NCBI GenBank assembly: GCA_031385045.1
Contig: JANNBC010000007.1
Location: 1-64,000 of the forward strand
Source: a bacterium
Lineage (GTDB): Bacteria > Bdellovibrionota_C > UBA2361 > CALJRW01
Length of the DNA stretch: 64,000 nt
Reading direction: 5' to 3'
The notes below the pieces were generated by a model, which was not told where the DNA came from, did not search any database, and saw only the letters and a program-made list of their open reading frames with translations. Position numbers and translations under genes: made by a program. Positions 20,265 to 30,252 of the stretch are shown here, in pieces. Position 1 is the stretch's first letter. Each line of letters begins with the position of its first letter.

Positions 20265-21287
20265 TTAAAACAACACACAGACTTTATAACTTCTCTCACC
20301 AAATGTGAGTATATCACCATGTTCTAAAGTCGCTTTATCGCCTGATAATTCAATGAGCGCACCGTCAGCTTTTTGAATTTTAGTACCATTTTCTGAAAGT
20401 TGATCTAAAACAACGATACTTGCTTCAGAAATTCTAATAATTGCATGCATCGGAGAGACGGACTCATCATTAATTACTAACACGCTACCTTTATCAGCCT
20501 GGTCAGAGGATACAATTAAGCGACCACTACGAAGGATAATAAAATCTCCTTTCGGATTACCATCAAAAGTTACTAGAAAGCCGACCAAGGGTGTTTCTTT
20601 CTCCCACTTAATCAGATCACCATTTTGACACTGAGTACTACTCATTGGCACCGCTTGCTTAACTGGTGCACTTGGAATACCACGTTTTAAATCTCCACTT
20701 AAACTTCCATTTGGTTGATTCATTTTTATCTCCTCTTCAAAATTATTTTCTGGAATCTCAATTCTATAAGACTCCTGTACTGGTCTAGTTACTTGTTGTT
20801 GGGCGGACATTAAATCTTCAGCTAATTCCTCATCTAAATTTTCTAATGTCACAAATTCTTCCTCGACATCGGAATGACTAGTAACGGGAGCTAAGATAAT
20901 CTCATCTTCTTCCTCCGCTTCAAAGTCTAATTTTTCCAAATGGCTTAAAGAATTTGATTCCGCTGGTTTTTGAGTCTCACGTGACTTCAAAGCATCCAAG
21001 AAATTAATTTCCAACTCTGGCTCTTCCTCAATTGCCGGCAATTGATTCATGAATTTACTGGTATCAATAATCTGGGTTTGTTTATCAATAGTGTCACGCT
21101 CCCGAGATGCGGGAGCTCCAAAATTTTCTCGAACTTGATTAATAAGACCAGTATCTAATTTTTCAGTACTACCAGAGCGATGAGCACCAGTCATTAAACG
21201 AGAACGCATTTGATTGGCAATATCTGGAGTGAGCATGACCGTCTTATTCCGCGCACGAGCTGCTTTATCATTATTTTCTTTAGTCAT
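20265..21287 (-). CDS. FHA-domain protein with long acidic, likely disordered N-terminus
   Basis: C-terminal D.SVS..HA...DQLSENGT...LEHGDILTFG FHA motifs preceded by LVGFLV. Confidence 0.8.
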   Translation of the reverse strand: MTKENNDKAARARNKTVMLTPDIANQMRSRLMTGAHRSGSTEKLDTGLINQVRENFGAPASRERDTIDKQTQIIDTSKFMNQLPAIEEEPELEINFLDALKSRETQKPAESNSLSHLEKLDFEAEEEDEIILAPVTSHSDVEEEFVTLENLDEELAEDLMSAQQQVTRPVQESYRIEIPENNFEEEIKMNQPNGSLSGDLKRGIPSAPVKQAVPMSSTQCQNGDLIKWEKETPLVGFLVTFDGNPKGDFIILRSGRLIVSSDQADKGSVLVINDESVSPMHAIIRISEASIVVLDQLSENGTKIQKADGALIELSGDKATLEHGDILTFGERSYKVCVLF

Positions 21288-21292
21288 AGTTC

Positions 21293-22342
21293 CTACCTAC
21301 TTAATGCTAATAAAATTAGTACTACAGCGATAATCAAAGCGATTACACTTAGACCAACAATCATTAAAAAATTCTTTAGAATAAAAGGCTTGAGTGCTTC
21401 AATGCTCATGCTCTTCTTATCAGTTTCTTTTTTTACTTCTGGTAAAACGTATCCAGCTGGTGGGGCTTTACGAAGCTTGCCAACAAGTGGAACAACAGCG
21501 ACAGTAATATTATCATACCCACCACGCTCTTTAGCTAGTTCTACCATCTGGCTACAACTTACTTGTGGTGGAAACTTTAAGGCGATATCTAAGATTTCTT
21601 GATCCGAAATCATGCTATAAAGTCCATCGGTACAAAAAATTAAGTAATCTTGATCGCTCGGTGATTCAACATCCCAAATCCAGTAGTTATGTAACTCAAC
21701 ATTTAGTGTTGGGTCAGAGCCTACAGCTCTAGTAAGTACATGCGCTTGTGGATGCTCTAATGCTTCTTCTTCTCGAAGCTGACCTGACTTTACTAACTGC
21801 TGAACATAGGTGTGATCTTCTGTTAATTGCTTCATCCGACCATCACTAATAAGATAAGCTCTTGAATCACCAATGTTTACAATTGTAACTTGTCTATCTT
21901 GAAAAATTGCACCAACAGCAGTTGTTCCCATTTGCGAGAAAGCTTGATTTTGTCGTCGTAAGACAACTATGCGATTAGCCTCAGCAAACGCTTCCTTTAA
22001 AGCATCTTCCGGTTTTAATTGAACTCCAGAATCTAAGGTTCTTTTAACTGAATCGATTACTAATTGGGCTGCAAGCTCTCCCCCTTTTACACCTCCCATA
22101 CCATCGCATACTACCCAAACGAGTCCGGAGGCAGATTCAATTACAGCATAGCGATCCTCATTTAATTCACGTTCACAACCAGGGTCAGTAATTGCCGCTG
22201 GCTGAAAAAATTCATCGCTAAGTGTTTGAGCTTGCTCAAATTTATTTTCAAATTTATTTAGACTTTCGCTATCTAACATACTAATATTTAATAAGTTAAT
22301 TTTTAAGGTATTAACCTCTAAACCCATCGACTGCTTCGACAA
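21293..22342 (-). CDS. PP2C-family Ser/Thr phosphatase (Stp1/PrpC-like) with C-terminal TM
   Basis: NEDR, VCDGMGG, MGTT, IGDSRAY, LTEDHT, CTDGL, GGYDNIT. True start may be downstream of the TTG at 22342. Confidence 0.93.
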   Translation of the reverse strand: MSKQSMGLEVNTLKINLLNISMLDSESLNKFENKFEQAQTLSDEFFQPAAITDPGCERELNEDRYAVIESASGLVWVVCDGMGGVKGGELAAQLVIDSVKRTLDSGVQLKPEDALKEAFAEANRIVVLRRQNQAFSQMGTTAVGAIFQDRQVTIVNIGDSRAYLISDGRMKQLTEDHTYVQQLVKSGQLREEEALEHPQAHVLTRAVGSDPTLNVELHNYWIWDVESPSDQDYLIFCTDGLYSMISDQEILDIALKFPPQVSCSQMVELAKERGGYDNITVAVVPLVGKLRKAPPAGYVLPEVKKETDKKSMSIEALKPFILKNFLMIVGLSVIALIIAVVLILLALSR

Positions 22343-22395
22343 TAAACTAAACTATTTATTTCATTAGATATGATTCATTTACAAACCATTTGGTT

Positions 22396-22412
22396 ACCAA
22401 AAAGTGTGCCAA
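22396..22412 (-). promoter_or_regulatory. Possible sigma-54 (-24/-12) promoter for the phosphatase/Tad cluster
   Basis: TTGGCACACTTTTTGGT versus consensus YTGGCACG-N4-TTGCW (the -12 element is GG instead of GC). Confidence 0.3.
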
Positions 22413-22525
22413 TCTTTGCTGGTAGTTAACTACTTGAATTTACTGCTTAATTTTAATGAGACAGGGCCCTTATTTAAAACATTGTTTAATTTTATATTGA
22501 ATTCCACTTACTAGAGATACTTAAA

Positions 22526-23101
22526 ATGGTCACAATAAATAAAGTCTACACTAAAAATGGAGACCTAGGACAAACATACTTAGCGAATGGACAAATGATT
22601 GAAAAATCCAGTGCTCGTATTGAATTACTAGCATTACTAGACAGTTTAATGCTGGAAGTTGGATATGCTAATTTTTTAATTTCAACTGAAGCTAAAATAG
22701 AACAAAAAGTTAGCTCTCATTTATTAATGCTACTTAACAGATTATTTGATCAGGGAGCAGTTATTGCATTAACAAGTAAATCCGAGGAGTTGTTGCCGAC
22801 TGAATTGGAAATTAATATTATTGAAAACTGGATTGATCAATTAAATCAAGAGCTGCCACCACTAAAAAACTTCCTTTTGCCACAAGGCAATGCTTTGCTA
22901 AGCCAACTTCATCGTTGTCGAGTACAAAGTAGAATCTTGGAACAAAAGCTCTGGTCTTTTAATATTAAAGAGCCGCTAGAACTGGTTTTTCTAAAGTTTT
23001 TTAATAGAATCTCTGATTACTTTTTTGTAGCAGCAAGATATATTGGACAAGAGTTGAGCTTGCCGGAAGTAATTTGGCAAACGGGTCAAAGACTAAACTA
23101 A
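22526..23101 (+). CDS. PduO-type ATP:cob(I)alamin adenosyltransferase
   Basis: KVYTKNGDLGQT, FLLP.G, H.CR...R..E, FFNRISDYFFVAAR. Confidence 0.85.
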   Translation: MVTINKVYTKNGDLGQTYLANGQMIEKSSARIELLALLDSLMLEVGYANFLISTEAKIEQKVSSHLLMLLNRLFDQGAVIALTSKSEELLPTELEINIIENWIDQLNQELPPLKNFLLPQGNALLSQLHRCRVQSRILEQKLWSFNIKEPLELVFLKFFNRISDYFFVAARYIGQELSLPEVIWQTGQRLN

Positions 23102-23102
23102 T

Positions 23103-23549
23103 ATGTACGATTTCCACCCATTACTAACATCCTTTCCAATAGTCTTAATTTCTCTTGCTGTCTTGTCAGACATAATTTTTTACTTCACTCAGCGAACAAT
23201 CTGGCTTCAATTTAACTATTTTGTACTGCTCTTAGGCATGCTATTTAGCCTGCTCGCATTTTTTTCAGGATTAATTGCCAGTAGCAATGCTAGTGAGTTA
23301 TCTAGCAACTTACCTGAACAACAAATTGCCTACCACTATTCAATTGCAAAACTAATCCTCTTTGCTTATATCCCCTTAATTTTATTTAGATATTTAAGAT
23401 TTGAGCGAAAAATATTTGGTCTAGCCTACTATTTTTTTTGCCTCTTACAGTTCACATTAATTGCCTATACCGGTCACTTGGGTGGAGATTTAGTATTTAA
23501 ACATGGTATCGGTATTCAAACTGATGCCATAACTAATATATCAGAGTGA
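23103..23549 (+). CDS. Membrane protein, DUF2231-like
   Basis: HPLLTSFPI at the N-terminus, four TMs, TGHLGGDLVFKHGIG. Confidence 0.7.
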   Translation: MYDFHPLLTSFPIVLISLAVLSDIIFYFTQRTIWLQFNYFVLLLGMLFSLLAFFSGLIASSNASELSSNLPEQQIAYHYSIAKLILFAYIPLILFRYLRFERKIFGLAYYFFCLLQFTLIAYTGHLGGDLVFKHGIGIQTDAITNISE

Positions 23550-23588
23550 TAGCTTAAGATTAGAAATTTTGCTATAATACCAGAAGTC

Positions 23589-23981
23589 ATGTTAAGTAAA
23601 TCTCGCATCGAAACACAAATTGTGAGCCTTGATAATTGCCAGTTTGAGCAAAGTAAAGAAACTGTAACCTTAACATCGGCTAAGATCCAAGCCCTTCCAA
23701 AAACTAGCGTACAGCTAGACCTTAATCCACTTGCTACTAGCTATGTTCCAAAAAGAAATACTCAGATCAAAGGATTAATTGCATCCAAGCCAGATGACGG
23801 GCCACTTGGCAAACTGATTACAATGTTAGCTAACTTGCTTAAAAGAATTGAAAAGATCTTCTTTGATAAACTAGAAGAAAAACTTCCCCCAACTATCAAG
23901 CTAAAAACTCCACTTCGCAAAAAGAAAAAATCAATCTGGGACAATGAAGAAGTCTTGGAAGATCCTAACCAAAAACAATAA
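23589..23981 (+). CDS. Hypothetical protein
   Basis: 130 aa ORF co-oriented with upstream genes; no recognised motif. Confidence 0.5.
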   Translation: MLSKSRIETQIVSLDNCQFEQSKETVTLTSAKIQALPKTSVQLDLNPLATSYVPKRNTQIKGLIASKPDDGPLGKLITMLANLLKRIEKIFFDKLEEKLPPTIKLKTPLRKKKKSIWDNEEVLEDPNQKQ

Positions 23982-23997
23982 ACTGAAATTTATTGGC

Positions 23998-24726
23998 TTA
24001 CTTTAAGAAATCTGTCTGCTCTGGGAATGATTGAGTAAAATCAGCAATTGCTTTCTTAGCAGCTTCTTCTTCCGCCAAATTTTGCTTACTTTCAGCAAAA
24101 CTACGCCATGTAATTAATGAGACAACTCTTAAGTACTGAGATTCTTGTGCCAGACTCTTGATTTGCGTCAAAGCGTACTCTTGCTGATTCTCATCAATCA
24201 AAAGAGATTTAGCTAAATTTAAAGCCAACAATTCTTTCCATAATGCATTTGGACTATTTTTGCTTTTTTGCCATTCTAACTCATCTAGCTTTTTTCTCAT
24301 GTCAGACAGAGGCAAGTTGCCAGAGACTGTTTCAGCTAACGTATGATAATTCTTTGCCAGTAGATCGTAAGGATACTTTTGAGTATCCAAAGTCTTGATT
24401 GAGCCCTCAAAACTCCGCTTCGCTTTCTCTAGGGCGGGAAGTTCAATCGTTTTATCTTCAACCTGCTGAGCTAAAACCTGATAATCTTCCCGAACATCGG
24501 ACAGTAAGGCTGCTGATTCCAACTGAGATGCATCATGAGCACTTTGGTAATAGCGATAGCCAGTACCAGAAATTAAAATGGCTAATATGAAATAAGAAAA
24601 AATCTTTTGATTATTTTTAAAGAATCCGATAATAGGATCTTGAGTTGATTCAAACTGCTTAGCTAGTTTTTCGATTGCTAGATCATCAATCTTTTCAGGG
24701 GCTGTTCGTGCTTTAGTAGTATTCAT
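23998..24726 (-). CDS. Membrane-anchored helical protein (possibly YfgM-like)
   Basis: FFKNNQK followed by a TM and GYRYYQ, then a helical domain; overlaps the upstream gene by 4 nt. Confidence 0.5.
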   Translation of the reverse strand: MNTTKARTAPEKIDDLAIEKLAKQFESTQDPIIGFFKNNQKIFSYFILAILISGTGYRYYQSAHDASQLESAALLSDVREDYQVLAQQVEDKTIELPALEKAKRSFEGSIKTLDTQKYPYDLLAKNYHTLAETVSGNLPLSDMRKKLDELEWQKSKNSPNALWKELLALNLAKSLLIDENQQEYALTQIKSLAQESQYLRVVSLITWRSFAESKQNLAEEEAAKKAIADFTQSFPEQTDFLK

Positions 24727-25304
24727 GCTTTGTATTTAAAATCTTCAATGTTTAATTGTTTGAGAATATCAGCCCATTTGGATTTATCAACATATTGCAA
24801 ATCCTGGATCTTGGTATCTTCCTCAGACTCTTCCCCTTCAACCATTTGTTTCATGCTAACAGACTTCAGCTTTTCAATTGCCGAATCCTTTTTAGCATCT
24901 TCAATCACCTGATTGTTTACATAGATTAAGGCATTAGTACGCAGAGCGATAGCCAAAGCATCACTTGGGCGACAATCCAAGACGATCGCCTTTTCCCCCG
25001 CAGAAAGTACGAGCTCAGAGTAATAAGTAGAATCTTTAAGTGCGGTAATTAGAACTTGCTCAACTGCTACATCCAAATGATCTAAAATGCTAATTAATAG
25101 ATCCTGCGTTAAGGGACGATTAAGCTCTAGCTTCTTTAAGCTAGCAGCAATTGCCGTAGCCTCAGCCATACCAATCCAGATCGGCAATTGGAATGTTCCA
25201 TCCATAGTCTGTAAAACAACAACTGGAGCTTGAGTCGATGGATCCAATAAGATTCCAGCGACCATCATTTCAGTAACAGAACTTTTAGTTTTAGAATTAG
25301 ACAT
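24723..25304 (-). CDS. Bifunctional nuclease family protein (DUF151)
   Basis: LPIWIG..EA.AIA, RPLTQDLL, DCRPSDALAIAL. Confidence 0.9.
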   Translation of the reverse strand: MSNSKTKSSVTEMMVAGILLDPSTQAPVVVLQTMDGTFQLPIWIGMAEATAIAASLKKLELNRPLTQDLLISILDHLDVAVEQVLITALKDSTYYSELVLSAGEKAIVLDCRPSDALAIALRTNALIYVNNQVIEDAKKDSAIEKLKSVSMKQMVEGEESEEDTKIQDLQYVDKSKWADILKQLNIEDFKYKA

Positions 25305-25400
25305 AGTTATAATTTATCATAGCTTAACTAACGGTGTCTAGTGTTTGAACCAAGATACTGATGCCAGCAAGAATGCAAAAAGATAAAGGTAATATTACCG

Positions 25401-26762
25401 TTAAACAATTAAACCTTTTAAAGTATATTTACTAGAGGAATTCACCTGAACATTGACTAAATGACCTGGTTCCAAACTTGGATAAGAAGACTCAAGGTTT
25501 ACAATCATATTTTGAGATGTGCGACCTTGCATTTTTGTACCATCAAAACTGCTTGGACCATCAATTAAAACTTCAACTTGTTGACCAACCCAAGATTGCA
25601 ATCGACGTTCGGTAATTTCTGCTTGCAATGCTTGCAATCTTTGTAGACGATCAAGTTTACCTGCAGCATCTAAGCTCTCGGGCATTAGCTCTGCTTTTGT
25701 TCCAGGACGTGGAGAAAACATATAAGAGTAGCTACTATCAAACTCTAAGGTTCTCATTACATCTAAAGTATCTTGAAACTCGGCTTCAGTCTCACCTGGA
25801 AATCCAACAATAAGATCAGTTGTAATAGCAATATTTGGAACTCGCTCCTTTAATCCAGCAATAATATCTAGATAACGTTGCCGACGATAGTTACGATTCA
25901 TTAATCTTAGGATACGATCACTTCCTGACTGTAGTGGCATATGAATATGACGACAGACCTTTGGATTATCAGCTACTAAATCATAAAAATCTTGGCGAAC
26001 TTCTTGCGGATGAGGACTAGTAAAACGAATCCTCTCTAATCCATCAATTGCAGCGACCTGCTCTAGTAACTGCACAAACTTCATTCTCGGGTTTAAATCT
26101 AACCCGTAAGAATTAACCGTCTGTCCTAAAAGCACAACTTCTTTTGCTCCGCGATGGACAGCAATTTTAACTTCTCGAATGATTTCGTTTAAATCTCTAG
26201 AAACTTCTTTCCCTCTAGTTGTGGGAACAATGCAATAAGTACAATTTTTATTACAACCACGTGAAATTGAGACGAAAACAGAAATACGACTTTTATCACT
26301 AAGACCTAGAGGTAAATCCTCCCACTCATCCCGATAATCTACAGCAACTTGCGGCTTGGAGCCGTTTCTGCGTAATTCGATTAACCCTGGCACCATTGAT
26401 AGATTGTGAGTACCGAAAACGAAATCTACATCTTTACTGCGCTTAACAATATTTTGTCCTTCCTGCTGAGCCACGCATCCACCCACGCCGATAAGTAAGT
26501 CAGGATTAGTTTTTTTTAAAGCTCGATATTCTCCGAGTAGACTATAAAGTTTCTGCTCTGGCTTATCTCTTACACTACAGGTATTTACTAGGATTAAATC
26601 AGCTTCGGCGGCACTCGCAACTGTTTGATAAGCATCTTCTAAGATTTTCTCTAATTTATCAGAATCATACATATTCATCTGACAACCAAAGGTCTTAATA
26701 AACAAAGACTTTTTATTTGAATTGGGCTTAGATTTTGATTTAATTTGTACTAAATTTTCCAC
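25401..26762 (-). CDS. miaB: tRNA-2-methylthio-N6-dimethylallyladenosine synthase MiaB
   Basis: TFGCQMN, NTCSVR, GGCVAQ, radical SAM CNKNCTYC, FTSPHP, C-terminal TRAM domain. Confidence 0.96.
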   Translation of the reverse strand: MENLVQIKSKSKPNSNKKSLFIKTFGCQMNMYDSDKLEKILEDAYQTVASAAEADLILVNTCSVRDKPEQKLYSLLGEYRALKKTNPDLLIGVGGCVAQQEGQNIVKRSKDVDFVFGTHNLSMVPGLIELRRNGSKPQVAVDYRDEWEDLPLGLSDKSRISVFVSISRGCNKNCTYCIVPTTRGKEVSRDLNEIIREVKIAVHRGAKEVVLLGQTVNSYGLDLNPRMKFVQLLEQVAAIDGLERIRFTSPHPQEVRQDFYDLVADNPKVCRHIHMPLQSGSDRILRLMNRNYRRQRYLDIIAGLKERVPNIAITTDLIVGFPGETEAEFQDTLDVMRTLEFDSSYSYMFSPRPGTKAELMPESLDAAGKLDRLQRLQALQAEITERRLQSWVGQQVEVLIDGPSSFDGTKMQGRTSQNMIVNLESSYPSLEPGHLVNVQVNSSSKYTLKGLIV

Positions 26763-26819
26763 TCGCAGATATTCGCTAAAATCAAGGAATTAATCAAGTC
26801 AGACAGGGATTTTATAAAA

Positions 26820-28778
26820 CTAATTAATTAGATTAAACTGTCCGTTACGGTATAAATAAACAGGATAATTCGGGTAATCAGCAATTAAAGCTTGGTTATG
26901 ACCTCTTAAATCCGTAGCAAAAACATAGTTACCCTTAAAATCTATCTGATTATCAATTAAGTGCGCTGTAAAACTACTGAAGTCTCCTGATAGGTCATAG
27001 TCTAATTCCTGCTGACAATTAGGTGAGATAGTATTTCCCACTCGCAATCGAAAGGAACCATCCCCTGTAAGATTAATTTTTTGTAGCTTAGTTTCTTTAA
27101 GAAGTAGCTGTGACAACAAGCCACTTAATTGCTCAGGACTAAGTTTTTCAGCTTCAAAGCGATTCACAACGTTAAGTAACTCGCAATGATCGCTATGGCG
27201 ATAAACTTGCTCCACTAAACTAGCAGCAACTCCGGCACCCCTTAATTTAGAAATCAAACGATGTCCTAGACTCACAGGAATAAAAACTAGTGCCCGATCA
27301 ATTTTTTGATTTTTTAGTGCGCTAGGTAAATCAACCTTAAAAGTTGACATGCTTTGAGCATATTCTTGATAACGATGAGTGAATCCAAAGCTTAAGGCAT
27401 AGGCAAGTGCCAGAACAAAAAAATAAATCCAGAAGCTACTCCAGGCACAAGCGACCTGTCCAATTTTTAAATATTTATCCTTAGCACTTGCTAACAGTGA
27501 AGAACCAGCGCGAACTATTAGAGGGACTAAAAATAGGACTGAGCAGTATAAATATCTTGGCCCTAACAGGGCATCTCGATGCCAATAAAAAAGATAGGCA
27601 AGGGTTGGAGCTATCGCTAAAATTAATAACCGAGAGTCCCAAAGATTAATTTTTTTTCTGAAAAAAAGTACTGGAATAAATAGTAGCGCAGGAACAGATG
27701 ATTCGAGCAAAAATTGGTTGATTAATTTCCAATCAATTAAAAAATTCTGAACTGCTTCCCTAGCCCCATAAGAAATTCCCCAAGGGTTTAAGTGAAAACC
27801 AAGTTGATGCCCAACTCCCCATAATTTTGTAAAACCAGTTAAAAAGGGATCGCCGGTAGTCGAATAATTATAATATAAATAGAATGAAATTCCTGGAAGG
27901 ATACCAAGTAAAATAGCAATAAGCATTGCAGGCCTGGTTCGGTAGTTAGAACTTTTAATGATCCAAACTAGATAGCATAAGCTAATTGCAATAATATCCA
28001 AGGAACGCGTAGCTAATGCTAAGCCCAAACAAATCCCAGCAAAAAAAAGAGATTGCCAGCAAGGCAATTTAATAAACTTGGTCGCTTGAAAAACAAAAAT
28101 CGCTGTTAATAAAAAAACAGTCGCATGATTCATGAAGCTAGCGCCAAGAAATAGATAGAAGGGGCAAGTCGCTAGCAGTGCCATCGCAATATTTGCTTCA
28201 ATTACACCTAAAACTTGTCGGTAGAAACATGAAGCAAAATAGATCCCGGCAAGAGAAATAAATATCACAACTAAAGACGGACTTGCCAGTAATAAGCCCG
28301 CTGCTAGAAGTAGCGAATGAAAGGGCGCATATTGTGAATAAACAAAGGTGTTTTCATAAATTAAATTTGGTGAATAAAAAAATTCCGCATTTTTTGGCAA
28401 AAAAGCTTTCACTGCCCCACTAGCAAAAATTTTAGCTTGAAAATACTGAGCGACACTGTCTATAAATATTGGCCTTCCTTGGAATACGCCGCTGGAAATA
28501 ATTACTAGTAAAATTGTTGCAACAAAAAAAATTGTAATAAAATATTTATACCTAGTTACGGTAAAGAACTTCTGGAAAAACTTAACTGGCGAGATTTGAG
28601 ATTTACCAGAGAAATAAGTTGCCAGAGCAGCCAAGAGGAATATAGTTAAAATTCCATAAAACCAGAGCAGGGCAGAAATCTCTTGCTCCCGCTCAAGTCC
28701 AGTTCCAAAAATTGAACCTATCGGAAGGAACGTTGGAGTGATCAGTAATAAACTTAACAATAGATAAACAAGATTCAT
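26820..28778 (-). CDS. Polytopic membrane glycosyltransferase (ArnT/PMT-like, GT-C)
   Basis: Many TMs, DSVAQYFQAKIF, YNYSTTGDPF, GPRY motif. Confidence 0.65.
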   Translation of the reverse strand: MNLVYLLLSLLLITPTFLPIGSIFGTGLEREQEISALLWFYGILTIFLLAALATYFSGKSQISPVKFFQKFFTVTRYKYFITIFFVATILLVIISSGVFQGRPIFIDSVAQYFQAKIFASGAVKAFLPKNAEFFYSPNLIYENTFVYSQYAPFHSLLLAAGLLLASPSLVVIFISLAGIYFASCFYRQVLGVIEANIAMALLATCPFYLFLGASFMNHATVFLLTAIFVFQATKFIKLPCWQSLFFAGICLGLALATRSLDIIAISLCYLVWIIKSSNYRTRPAMLIAILLGILPGISFYLYYNYSTTGDPFLTGFTKLWGVGHQLGFHLNPWGISYGAREAVQNFLIDWKLINQFLLESSVPALLFIPVLFFRKKINLWDSRLLILAIAPTLAYLFYWHRDALLGPRYLYCSVLFLVPLIVRAGSSLLASAKDKYLKIGQVACAWSSFWIYFFVLALAYALSFGFTHRYQEYAQSMSTFKVDLPSALKNQKIDRALVFIPVSLGHRLISKLRGAGVAASLVEQVYRHSDHCELLNVVNRFEAEKLSPEQLSGLLSQLLLKETKLQKINLTGDGSFRLRVGNTISPNCQQELDYDLSGDFSSFTAHLIDNQIDFKGNYVFATDLRGHNQALIADYPNYPVYLYRNGQFNLIN

Positions 28779-28790
28779 AGTATCAGCAGA

Positions 28791-29522
28791 CTACAATTTA
28801 TCGGAGATTCGCACCTCAGCAATAGTTGGAAGTTCATCTAACTCAGCTGGTTGCACAATAAGGTATTCTAGCTGTCGTACTTCCCCACTAGCAATATTAA
28901 AATCATTAATTGGAATTGATTTGGCGTAGAGTTCAGTTAATTCCACTGTTTCCCCTGTTGCTATTTTTTCAGATAAGGAGATAATTAAATTGATTTTAGG
29001 AATAGTGAATTCGGCCTTATTTTGGAGATCAAACTTAATTTTAAACTTAATCTGGCAGGCATCTTGTTGACATTCCTTTAACTTCTCGACATTACCATTA
29101 ATAATTTTTAAAGCTGCTGCAAGTTGTGGATAAATTATTCGATAATAATCCCAAGCTTGCTTGCCCCAATATAACTGAATTTGATAATCAACTAAGTTTA
29201 TTACTGGCAAGGCAAGAGTTACTTGATTTTCAGAATCTTTTTGTAAATCAATCAGATTAAAAAATTTTTCAGTTTTAACTTGATCTTGATTATAGCCAGT
29301 TAGGGCGATGAGACTAAAAGCATCGGGTAATTTTGTTAACTCTTTCAGTCTGACTTGAAGAAAAAGTGTCTCTCCATCATAGATCTCGTCAACCACCTTA
29401 AGTGAATAGGGGTTAATTAAGTTTGGTTTACTTGATGCAATAAGTCTACTTTTTGCTGAACAGGCTAAAAGTAAACTAAAAACAACTAGGCAACAAATCC
29501 TGAGGCTCTTACGAAACATCAC
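28791..29522 (-). CDS. Hypothetical lipoprotein
   Basis: Lipobox LLAC. Confidence 0.55.
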   Translation of the reverse strand: MMFRKSLRICCLVVFSLLLACSAKSRLIASSKPNLINPYSLKVVDEIYDGETLFLQVRLKELTKLPDAFSLIALTGYNQDQVKTEKFFNLIDLQKDSENQVTLALPVINLVDYQIQLYWGKQAWDYYRIIYPQLAAALKIINGNVEKLKECQQDACQIKFKIKFDLQNKAEFTIPKINLIISLSEKIATGETVELTELYAKSIPINDFNIASGEVRQLEYLIVQPAELDELPTIAEVRISDKL

Positions 29523-29947
29523 TCCATCATCTCAATAGATTTTAACTGCCAGCCAGCACTTGGGCCAGTAAAGACCCAAATTTGGCGCTCTACTCGTTCA
29601 TTGACTATATAACTAGGAACCTTGTAATTCTCTACGATCACGTCAGCAGTTGCGATTCGAGCATTTTTATCAAAATCTACAAAATCTAATTTACCACCAA
29701 CTATTTTTTCGATCTTACGACTATCTCGCAGAATCTTTACTAATTCAAATTGATTTTCTTCTACAAGATAATCATCAAAATTCAAAAATCGTTGAGAGAC
29801 AACCTCATTATAAAATGCCTTAAATGTTTTTGGAAACAAACTCTTACGAGCCTCGGAATTTAGTCCTGATTTTTGAAAAGAATCAACAAGTGGAGTTAAG
29901 AAACATCCTGACAAACAAAGCGTTAAAATTATTAAAACATATCTCAT
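29519..29947 (-). CDS. Hypothetical lipoprotein
   Basis: Lipobox LSGC; 4-nt overlaps with both neighbours. Confidence 0.6.
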   Translation of the reverse strand: MRYVLIILTLCLSGCFLTPLVDSFQKSGLNSEARKSLFPKTFKAFYNEVVSQRFLNFDDYLVEENQFELVKILRDSRKIEKIVGGKLDFVDFDKNARIATADVIVENYKVPSYIVNERVERQIWVFTGPSAGWQLKSIEMME

Positions 29948-30252
29948 TTAGTAGTTACCTTTTCAATTAATTGATTAAGTGCTGATTTATCTGACACACT
30001 TAACTCTTCTTTATTCTGTAGTAATTCTTTTACCTTCTCTGGGTTTTTTGCAACAGTTTCAATATTATAATTGCTATGCAAAGCAAAAATTAGTTGTCCA
30101 GTTGGTGTATTATGCTCTTTCTTGAGGCGCTCAGCAAACTTTGGAAGACGCAGGTCGTTACTCTGCTTTTGGTACTGGATAAAACCTAAAAAGGCTAACG
30201 CTCCACCAATCAAAAGTGAAATTAAAAAAACATTAAACTTTTCCAGCTTCAT
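29944..30252 (-). CDS. Hypothetical membrane-anchored protein
   Basis: N-terminal TM; overlaps neighbouring operon genes. Confidence 0.55.
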   Translation of the reverse strand: MKLEKFNVFLISLLIGGALAFLGFIQYQKQSNDLRLPKFAERLKKEHNTPTGQLIFALHSNYNIETVAKNPEKVKELLQNKEELSVSDKSALNQLIEKVTTK

